From positions 22,880,001 to 22,944,000 of the forward strand of contig NC_045697.1 of the NCBI RefSeq assembly GCF_009834535.1: DNA of 64,000 nt, written 5' to 3'. Both the position numbers and the translations under genes were made by a program. Shown here piece after piece: positions 54,273 to 64,000 of the stretch. The notes below the pieces were generated by a model. That model worked only from the letters and a program-made list of their open reading frames with translations, was not told the origin of the DNA and ran no database searches. The first letter of the stretch is position 1. Each line of letters begins with the position of its first letter. This stretch comes from Camelus ferus. Lineage: Eukaryota.

Positions 54273-54749
54273 ATTGTCTAGCACAATGTGAAAAACTAGT
54301 AATTATTCATGGAAAGAGTGAGTGAATGAATCTATCATACAACTATGTAGAATTTTTCAGTATTAGAAAGCACAAATGTCTAGTGTGCTGAAAAGTTTTT
54401 ATTGCAATTATTTAGTGCATATTATGTAATTGTATTTAATCTGTATTTGTCGTAGTTATCCAAAACTTTAATTATAATTTTATTTAATCATATTTTCTCT
54501 TTTAATCTTCACTCAAAATTCTATTGTATTTTGGTTTGACTGCTAGAAATCAGTTCTTCCAAGCACAGAACAAGTCTTGCATGTATTCTTGAAAACATAT
54601 TCTTATCTCTCTACCAGGACACAATACTGGACACATCAAAAGGAATCACCAGGTGCTCATTGTCAGGTGGATTAAAAATCATACTTAAATGTCATAGTCA
54701 TTTCAATCACTTTGTCTGTGAAATCAACTCCTTGGGCTCTCTAAAACTT

Positions 54750-56606
54750 TACTATACTTCTATGGCCAAACCTCAACCCTGTTTAAATCTAACTCTTCAC
54801 TAAACTCCCTGCTGTATGTATACAACTGGTCTCACTCAATGTTCATGTTCATTTATCTCAGACTCTTACCATTGCCTAGTAAGCATACGCCTGTTTGTTA
54901 GTGAATTCACTCTCCCAGTCTCTTAAACATCTATTTCATGATCTCTCTCCTCTCCCCAACTATTCACCAGCTTATCCCTCTTCTTCACTCTCACCTGGTG
55001 GCTGTACATCCTATTTTAATGAGAAAACTAAAACAAATAGAAAAAACAAGCAAAAACACTCCACCTACATACACTGTGCCCATATACCTACGTGAATGCT
55101 CTTCTCTTCTTATGGATGAAAATCTAGCTAAGCCCAAACTCTCAGTTTGAACTGTTAAAAGATAAACTGAGGCTTATTACACATTTTAAGAATTTGAGCA
55201 AAAATCTGTTTGCACTGGGCAGCATCCAATCTAGCAGATAGAAAGGAGCTCTAAGGAGCTATACGAAATGAAAGACTTACACAGACAGAAGGGAGATGGA
55301 ATAAGGAAGCTATACTAAGCAAAAAGCAGGCTGGTTATCACAAGTTTACTGTCTTTTAGGGGTTGGAAGGGGTCATTCAAGCAGAGCACTTAACTAGTGC
55401 TGAGTAGGCAATTCTTAACTAACTGGCTTAAGATTTCATTCCTGGGACAGCAGAAACTGTAGTCTGTTTATTGGTGACCTGGGGCTTAGCATAAGCAACT
55501 CCATTTTTAGGCTGTTTGTTGTTGTCTTGTTTTTAACTAACATTAACTAGACCCCATCACCTCTCGGTGCCTCAAAATTTTTGCACCAACAATTCTCTCC
55601 CACTTCCCTCTGCATTATTAACTTTCCTTTCCGAAGAGTATATATGTTAACATACTCAGTACATCTATTTAAATGCCTAATAGCATTTCACATTTAATGA
55701 TTCCAAAACTGAGTTCCTCAACTTTGATTCCAGTCCTGTACCCTGCTCTCAGTTAATGGCACTTTCATTCTTTCTAATGAGCAGGTTACAAACCCTTGCC
55801 TCTTTTTATCTCTCACTCCCAATTTAAGCAATCCAAAACTTTGTTTTGCTCTAACTTCCAACTATGTACAGAATTTGATTACCTTGATTCACATGACCAT
55901 CATCCTTTGCCTTGATTCTCACATTAGCCTCCAAACTCCTGGTTTCTTTTCTTGCTTCTTTACTGTATATGAACTAGATTACTCAATATTGCAGTTGTAA
56001 TGATCTTAACATTTATTTAGATTATGCTAGAAATTCACTCAAAGTCTTGCATCTTTTTCAAATTTCATTTAGCAAAAATATAAAACCCCCAAAGCCTAAC
56101 AACATCTGCCCCTTTACCCTCATTTTTCAACTTTCTGAGCTGATCTCTTTTCTCTCCTTCATTTATCTTCTTTCCCCATCTGCTTTGCTGTTCCTTAAAA
56201 AACATCCATCATGCACCCACTTGGGGTCTTTGCAGATGCAGTGTCCCCTACATGCAGTGTTCCTAGTCTGCTTCTCACTTCCTACAGGTCGCAAATATCA
56301 AGCCAACTTTTTCCACAACATCCTTTTCATAACTGACACCAACCCCTGATACACTCCGTTCCTTTTTTTGCTTTAATATTTATTTATTTTTCTCCTCCTT
56401 CAGTATCTCTACCTAACTTACTAAACATTGTATTTGACTTGTTTGTCATCTGCGTTCTCCGCCTCCCCGCCCCCAACCTCCGCCCTGATTACAGTAAGAG
56501 CTCTTGGAGGGCAGGGAGTATTTTGTTGTGGTTGCTCTTTTTTGTTGACCCCTGACATTAAATCTTTGGTTCTCAATAAAGCTTGGATGAAAAAAAAAAA
56601 TGAATA
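54750..56606 (+). mobile_element. Long L2 relic (ORF2 remnant to 3' tail), interrupted by an LTR
   Basis: ctattttaatgagaaaact, ctagaccccatcacctctc, ccaaaactgagttcct, gtaagagctcttggagggcaggg, ctcaataaa...aatgaat. Confidence 0.75.
55153..55542 (-). mobile_element. ERV1-type solo LTR inserted in L2
   Basis: TGTTA...TAACA inverted termini; reverse complement aaaatggagttgcttatgctaagcccc; flanks tgaac/ttaac. Confidence 0.8.
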
Positions 56607-56689
56607 ACCCACCATAAAGAAAAATGGCATATGAACTTTCTTAAACATTTCCCATTATTTAGTTAACAAAAGCCGCTGAAATGAAGAAT

Positions 56690-56895
56690 ACAGCCCAGCT
56701 CTTTCATGACATCAAAGACATGACTAGACCTAGTATTTCAAAGTGGAAGCTGAACTTCTCTTAGTCTTTAGGATCTTCACATTTAAAATGGGGAATATTG
56801 TGTCTTTCCACCATTCTTTGAATACAATTCATGGAGGGGAAAATGTTTTACTACCATAAAGCATATAAAAAACTTAAAAGGTATTACTTATTTAA
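56690..56895 (+). mobile_element. MIR-family SINE
   Basis: cccagctct...cttcacatttaaaatgggga...ataaagcatataaaaacttaaaaggtattacta. Confidence 0.55.
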
Positions 56896-57439
56896 ACTTC
56901 TTGACAACCCCATCAATTTTTAGCTCAGCTATTTTAGTTTGAAGCCAAAAAAGAAAACCCCACAAATCAAAACAGAGAGAATAATTTTTAACGATGCTAC
57001 ATATGGAACATTTACATGAAAGACACTGGGAAGAGTTCTTTACACTTAACATAAGAGACACAGGTACATTTCTGGTACCAGGTAGAGGCAGAGTGATGTT
57101 GGAAAGCCGGTATCTTCAATGGAGCAGTCGGGATACCTCTCCACTCAGCCTGGCCCACTGCAAGCGGGGGGAGCTGAAAGGCAAAGACGAGATATTTCCT
57201 TTACAGTTCATCTGTGAAAGGTCTCCCTGGCTCTCAGATTTTTTTTTTTAGTTAAATTCTCTTCTCCATATAATTGAGGTTTTCAGAAACAATCTAACTG
57301 CCAAGCACCACGCTGCAAATTAACTGTGGTTGCAAAAATCAGACCTTTGTCCTACTTGCTAAAGCAAAGTTGGCAAAGTAAACTCAGAAGGGCCTTTCAC
57401 ACAACATTTGCCCCTTATCCCTTTTCTCGTCGCACTTGC

Positions 57440-57580
57440 TTTCATATCAGTTTCCTTCATAAATCTGGGAAAACTTCAGAACAGGGGCTGAATCTTTTTC
57501 ATTCTTGTTTTTCAGTATTTGGAAAAATGCCTAGAACATAATAGGCATGGATTCATGCATTCTGAAGGGATGGATAAGTG
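57440..57580 (+). mobile_element. L2 3' tail
   Basis: aatgcctagaacataataggcat...tgaagggatggat. Confidence 0.55.
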
Positions 57581-58419
57581 TCCCATGCACCTGGGTTATG
57601 CTCATCACAATTTCAGGAAGCCAAACAGAGCTGAATATCCATATATTAATATCCTATAATTTCATATATTCTTTCAAAACTCCACCACAAGATTTTTACT
57701 TTCCATTTTTTTTCTTTTTACAAAGTACATTAACTTCTGTAGGTAAAGCAAAAAACAAAAAACAAACAAACAAAAAAAACTGGACTTTGTTCTTTAATAA
57801 TGTAAATATCTTAATGCTCTCTGCAAATAAAGTATAATTATAGTGAGTGGCACTTCGTGCAAATATGATGCTTGAACCAGAAGGACATTCATTTTCCCAT
57901 ATGGGATAGAGCAAATGTAAATACTGTTTTGGAATAAAGCTACAAATTCTACACATATTTATATGTCCAGATAATCATTATAAACAGTAACAAAGGGAAA
58001 GAATTGTACTTTGTGATAAGACAAACGTGTGATCCTCATGGAAGAAACAATTTTTGAGAGAGAATGAAATTAAACAAGAATTTGAATATCTATAAAGCAT
58101 GTTGAGAGTTTTGGTTCTGAGATACCTCCCATTTGCTGAATAGTATTGATACACATCGACTTTTTCAATGTGTATCTTAAAAAGCAGCTTTTCAATCCTT
58201 GTAAAACTGACAGATATGTACAATTATCTCTATTATTCTTGCAAGTAAACAGACTCAAGGAATTATTTTTTTTTCCCCTTTAGGGCTGTATCCTTCTCTA
58301 GTGTGATGAAGACAAGATTTGAATCCTTGCTTGTTCAACTCTAACCAAACTAAACCATTATAACATGCTGTCTGCTCAAAATGTAGTGCGTGCTTACAAG
58401 GGAGCAAACAATTCCAATC

Positions 58420-58525
58420 TGTCTCCCTGTGTCCATCTGTCTGTCTGCCTGTCTATCTGTCTCTCCTCTCTCACTCTCTTTCTCTCTCTGTCTCACACAC
58501 ACACAGACATACACCAAACACACAA
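58420..58525. repeat. Compound (TCTG)n-(CT)n-(CA)n simple repeat
   Basis: Read directly. Confidence 0.85.
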
Positions 58526-60199
58526 TCTCATGAAGATATAATTACTTAAACAGATGACGAAATAAAGGATAAACTAGGCTAACTGTTCAGCACCATTTTG
58601 ATAGTAATAGACAAGGGGTTATCATTCAAATTTGTCTTATTCATAAACTTGTGTATTTAATCACAATGTATTAAAATATTATATAAATTTCTTTCATTTA
58701 AAAACTCCCTAAAAAATATACTCCTGCTTACCTTTCATGGCTCTGGGCATTCTGAGATTATTGTGTTCTTTTCAATCTTATTTTAGTCGAGTGCTACATT
58801 AAATTATATGAATGTTCAATTCCAATTTTTTCACATGGCCAGAAGAGAAATTGTTATTGGAGCAATGCAATTCTATCGTTGTAAGTTGTGAGAGAAAAAT
58901 ATACATTTAATATGTTGAATATGTGTAGAAATCCTAGTTCTCATGAAAATATTGGTTGTCAGATTATCAATCGGGTCATCAGAGTGGGATTAAAGGCAGT
59001 TCATAATATTGATATGCATGTTGTAAGGGTCATAATAAATTACATTTCAAAGTAAGAATTAGCAATGAATTAGTAAAGAGAACTCTAAACTTAAAAACAA
59101 TTTACTCACATTCAAGTTTCACTTCTGTCGTTTACTAGGTCTCTGAATTTTCAGAATGCAGTTTTCTTTTTTCTCGAGATTTTGTGTGTTTATTTGCTTT
59201 TTTAAAACTTATCTGTTTGTTTTTCATCTATAAAATGAAAGTTTAGGGTCGGTGATCTCTATGTTCCTTCTTTCCTACAGTCTTTGATATCCAATGGTGT
59301 ATTGAAAACATTCTGCTAGGTCAATATTAGTAAAGCAGAATGAATATAAATGTTCTGCTCATTCTCATGCACACTTTGGAAATCATGAGTAATGAATACT
59401 AAACTCACATTTCTTATTTATGTATTTCTTGATCTCATTTTGAGGGTATTCCCTTTGCAGTAGCCTCTGGGCACATTTACAGGATTTAATAAGAAGAGAC
59501 TTTATCTGCAATCTTAATTGTATAGCAGAATGATAAATTCACAGACGAAAAGCTTGTCTTGTAAATGTAATTTCCTGTAAGCTTGTTAGGAAGAATATAC
59601 CAGGGAACATAACAACTCCCATCTCAAGTCATTGTATTCCATGAACTTTTCAATTCCCATGTCAACTAGTATTAATATGTTTAAAGGCACATTGCCTAGT
59701 TTAGAAGAAGAGAGATGATATATATTTTAGTTTGATTTAAGATACTTCAGTGTGGTTTATATCCACCATAGACCTATTTGAGCTATCTCTATTAAATGTA
59801 TTTTAATAAATTGGGCTTAGATAATGTCTGATTGCCACTAGGATTTGCCTTCCTAAGGTCATGATAGATAATTCAATTTCCTATCACTTAGTGGTATTGC
59901 CTTGTCCCATTACTTGGTTTTCTGCAGATGGGAAAATAAAAAAAACAAAAACAAAAACAAATAATATAATTGCTTCCTAATCTCAGTATAGAGAATTACA
60001 TTTTAATTATGCTTTAAATTTTTGTTATCCATACATTTCATAGGAGATTTTCATGTTGCAATCATCTCCCAGCCAATCTCTTTGCACAATAATATATCAA
60101 CAAAAGTACAAAACCAAACAGATTTTTATTAATAATGTCATTGTTCTATGTACTTGTAGAATTCCAGAAAAGGCAATATGGTAAGACAATACCCATATA

Positions 60200-60350
60200 A
60201 GGACAGAGCGAGGATAAAGGGCGTTTACCATGGGAAGGGTGGCATGCTGTTTTTATAGACACAGTTTCATTTAATTTTTACCAAAACCTCATGCACTGAA
60301 TCAGTTATATTCCTTTCATGGAATAAGAAAATAATATCTGAAAACTTAAG
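60200..60350 (-). mobile_element. MIR fragment
   Basis: gcgtttaccatg...ttcatttaatttttaccaaaacctcatg. Confidence 0.5.
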
Positions 60351-60709
60351 GGTTTTTTTCCCCAAAAATTGGTTGTTTATTGTTTCTACCTTGATAATAG
60401 GGATATATTCATCTGAAGATATTTTTAGGGCAACGTTTTACCTAATTCACTAGGTAGGGATAATTTATTTCCTTGTATCACCTATCATATTACTAAATAT
60501 TGCTAAATTTCATTTTAATGAAAAAGTAAATGCAAAGATTCATTTTATTTAGCAAGACTGAAAAAAAAACTAAGACATAAATTCACGTGAGACCTTTGGT
60601 ATTGTTTCGAAACAATTCCTCCAGCTATCAACCCAAGACTAAATGTCAAAAGCTGGTTAGCTGTGGAAGAGGCTAACTGACACTCAGTTCTGACTGGCAC
60701 TTTAACATT

Positions 60710-61215
60710 TGTGGCCGATGCCACAAATTATTTCCTGTGTCTTCTAAGAGAGCTCAAGTCCATGTCCTTTCCCTTTGAATCTGGGTTTTGTGACTTCTTG
60801 CCCAGTGAAAGTGATGTTCCGTTAGTTTCTGGACCTAGATCTCGAGACTGGCCATTCTTACTTCCTTGTCTTAGAACACTTGCTCTTGAATATCTGAGCC
60901 ATTATTTAAAATTCCAGTTGCCCTGCTGAAGGGACCTTTTGAGAAGCCCTGAGACATAAGAGGAAGAGGCACCTGACTGATCCCATCCCCTTTCCATCTC
61001 TGCAAAGAACAAGGCAATGGTGTGAATGTCATAGCACCAGAGCAGCTCAGTCTTCAGCCACATAACACAATGACCCCAATGTGACGTGGAGCAGAATCAC
61101 CCCACTGAGGTCTGCCTGAATTCCTGGCTCCCCCAAATCCAAGCTAAAATGAAATAGTTGTTTTAAACCACTAAGTTCTGGGCAGCTTGTTAAGCAGGTA
61201 GAGATCAAAAGAACA
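60710..61215 (+). mobile_element. MaLR solo LTR, MLT1G/H-like
   Basis: tgtgg start; ccctttgaatctggg...gtgactt; tggagcagaatcaccccactgag; gttgttttaaaccactaagttctggg; end gaaca. Confidence 0.85.
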
Positions 61216-61230
61216 GACACCAGAGACTAC

Positions 61231-61360
61231 GTGTGCACGCCTAGCACGCAGAAGGTCCTGGGTTCAATCCCCAGTACCTCTACCAGAAGTAATAAATAAA
61301 TAGACAAACCTAATTACCACACCCCACAAAAAAATTAAGAACTAAAAAAAAAAAATTTAA
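61231..61360 (+). mobile_element. tRNA-derived SINE, camelid Vic-1-like, 5'-truncated
   Basis: gcctagcacgcagaaggtcctggGTTCAATCCccagtacctc (B box), then aataaataaa...aaacctaattacc and an A-rich tail; A box missing. Confidence 0.85.
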
Positions 61361-61874
61361 GATAAAACTTCTACCAATGAAAAAACTAAAGTAATAATAT
61401 GCTTTTCTAATAAAAAAATTGAAGGAAATTACTTACATTTATAAAATTAGAAAACTATGGATAGAGTAAATATAAACTTGGCAAAATTCAAATTATAAAA
61501 GTAAACAGAGTTATTTCATCCTAAGAAAATATAAAATACTTTTTAAAATGATACTATTAAACACATATGAAACAAAAACATGGAAATTGATACACTGTTT
61601 CTATTTTGTGGATTGTGAGATAAAGCTGTAGATGTTCAAGTTAAGTTATTTGCAAGCAACATAATGGGAAACTACTATACTATTGTAAGAGGTCTTAGCA
61701 CAGATTTTAGATATATATTGCTGTCTAGATTTATCTCACAAGCATAATATATTGGACTTTTTTTAAGTAATTGAATAAGATAAGACAATAATTCTCTCAA
61801 ATCATATATTTTCTATTTTTTCATCTATATGATTACATTGCATCTCGTAATTTGTCTAATATGATGGAAGAGTA

Positions 61875-61920
61875 CATAGATGGATAGGTAGATGGATAGG
61901 TAGGTAATAGATAGATAGAA
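61875..61920. repeat. Degenerate (GATA/GGTA/GGAT)n repeat
   Basis: Read directly. Confidence 0.75.
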
Positions 61921-62782
61921 ACAGAAAATAATGACATAAATTTGGAAGGGGTAGAAGATGGTAAACGTATTTAAATGTTTTTCAAATTGAACATTCTAAA
62001 CAAAATATTAGCCTTGTGTAGATGCCTATATGTGTAAATATGGAAACATAAAGAATACTGCCAGAGATGAAGTTACGAATGTATATGCATATATACATAT
62101 GTATGCATAGGTATGCATATGTATGTAAGTATGTGTACATATATTTTGTTTGGCTTAGAAAATATTATTTATATTTTTATATAAAAATAAATCTATATAT
62201 TATATATGTTTCCCTCAAACCAAACAAATATGTATCATGTTAATGTCTCTCTTATTAACTAGCTATATGACCAGTCAAATCATTTTATTTCTATGAGGTT
62301 CAGTTTCTTCAACTGAACAAGGAGATTCATCTAGTTAATTTCACTTTTTTCCATGATCCTTAAAATTATATCAATTGTATAGATTATCTTCTAAAAGATA
62401 ATTAGCTAAACCAAAAGGGATTTTAACCACCCTTTCCATGAATATTTCTGGCTAATAATTTTAGTTCTTACTGAAGTTTTTCATAACATTTCAGTGAATC
62501 TGCCTAAGAACACTCTTAACTCCTATTTTTTTGTTTCTCAAGAGAAACTGAATTGTTTATTTTTATGTTCATGTAGGATACAGGAAAAAGGAAATTCTGG
62601 ATTGTTCCTATTATCTATATGACAAATGTAAGTAGAGACTTAAAAAGTGAAAGCACACACAAAAAAATTGATACACCCAGTGGAACAATCCCATTGGCTG
62701 TTCTACTAAGTTTTATGGGTCTTTTTGCCACAGCTGATTTTTTTCAGAGGATTGTTTAACCAGACTACCTCCAATGGCTGAA

Positions 62783-62899
62783 ATTGAGACACAGAACAAC
62801 TCCAGGAACCTCAAGTAAAAGATGTTACAATTGACTGTGGGTTTTCTAGGCCAAGTATCTTTTTCTTGAGATTCCTGGAGTTGTTTTGGTGTTTCCAAT
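62783..62899. repeat. Imperfect inverted repeat (hairpin)
   Basis: 62795-62823 matches the reverse complement of 62857-62885 at 27/29 positions; weaker pairing extends outward. Confidence 0.9.
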
Positions 62900-64000
62900 A
62901 GACTTAAATTCCATTCTCTTTTCATGAAAGTCCTTTTATACTGAAGATGGTGAGTTTTAATGGGTTTTGGTGACTTGCAACAGTGTTGTGACTAACACAA
63001 GGATAAACAACCCTCTATACTTTGTTTTTACAAATTTTATTTTTCTAGTTTCTGTGTCTTCTCTGTTATAAATTGTTTACATAATGTAAATCATTTGATT
63101 GAAAATCTTTAATTTCTAAATGTATAATTAATGTGTTTTATTGTTTGAAAACTTGTTGCAGGTAACTTATATGGATTTATGTTACATAGAAGTAATAATT
63201 TGTGATCAGCATTCTGTACTAGCAAAGAAAAATACACATATAATTCACATTTCTGTAGTTATGTATAATTTATCACATAGCATGCAATCTAACGTATTAT
63301 TTATTATATAACATATTTTTTTCATAATGTGTGATATAGCATATAATTCATGCATACAATGTTTATGTGTTGTTCATTCAATTTTTTAAAACTTCAAACC
63401 ACAGTGCCTACCTCACTCAGGTTTTAATAAGACTTTACTCAGAAATCCCCAATTAAAATAAACCTTTTCATTGTTTTGTATCATAGCTATAATGAAGAAT
63501 CTAGAATTTGCATCCCTCGAAGTGATCCTAACATACTGGAATCCCGATGCAGACATGTACATTGCCCTGCTGCTTCTTTGAGGGCAAACACTGCTGTCAC
63601 CTAAGTAGTTAAAGCATGATTCTGTTTTGGGTGCAAATGTGAACAAAGTAAAACATTAAATTTATGACAATGTTCTGAAAAATTATATTTTATGTATGTA
63701 AGTATTGCTTTTAAAACTTAAAAATTAATTCAATAAAATCACTGACAGGTGATTTGATGTCTCAAATGTAGTTTTGTTGACTCAGATCTTAGTATTGGTA
63801 CCAATTATACATCTTTATGCTATTAATTTGTTTACTTTCTGCCACATGATAATATACTTTTTTAAATGAATCAAAACAACATTATATTATTTGGCAAATT
63901 ATCAGGAACCTGACTTGTGCTTGTTCTTTGCCAAATAAGTTATTCTTAATAAAGCATGATAGCTAAATCACTTAATGTATTAAATATTAATTAATAAGAT

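Noticed and set aside
57080..57174. Minus-strand exon candidate (ctttgcctttcag acceptor)
   Set aside because: Good acceptor but only a weak donor (CTG|GTACCA) and no recognisable peptide
61231..61285. tRNA gene
   Set aside because: Only a B-box half is present, followed by a SINE tail; no A box or full cloverleaf
235..63646. Short ORFs (60-144 aa) in the six-frame track as protein-coding genes
   Set aside because: No recognisable domains; many start at TTG/GTG, overlap repeats or are low-complexity. Only the L1-derived ORFs near 29.3-30.4 kb resemble a known protein, and they are disabled.

Overview
AT-rich, CpG-depleted mammalian nuclear DNA. A 5'-truncated tRNA-derived SINE at about 61.23-61.36 kb resembles the camelid Vic-1 SINE, and an L1 3' end at about 30 kb is of cetartiodactyl type, so a camelid (camel/llama/alpaca) is the likely source (inference from remembered consensus sequences). 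I cannot support any protein-coding gene, tRNA, rRNA or CRISPR array. The only ORF with a recognisable protein match is a dead L1 ORF2 fragment. The window is a patchwork of about 17 LTR-derived segments (MaLR, ERVL, ERV1), old L1/L2/MIR relics, one hAT element and microsatellites, separated by unique sequence. LTRs lie on both strands in about equal numbers, which fits intergenic DNA. The best-supported unusual structure is a ~470-bp inversion plus ~0.5-kb deletion at 29.5-30.0 kb, reconstructed from a split LTR33-like element, a split L1 and an inverted target-site duplication (TSD). Other items worth checking are a 27/29-bp hairpin at 62.8 kb, a MER41-like LTR with decayed tandem GAS sites, a MYC-like G-quadruplex motif and a few exon-like segments. 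I found no convincing new biological system. Repeat family names come from memory, and boundaries of old repeats are approximate.
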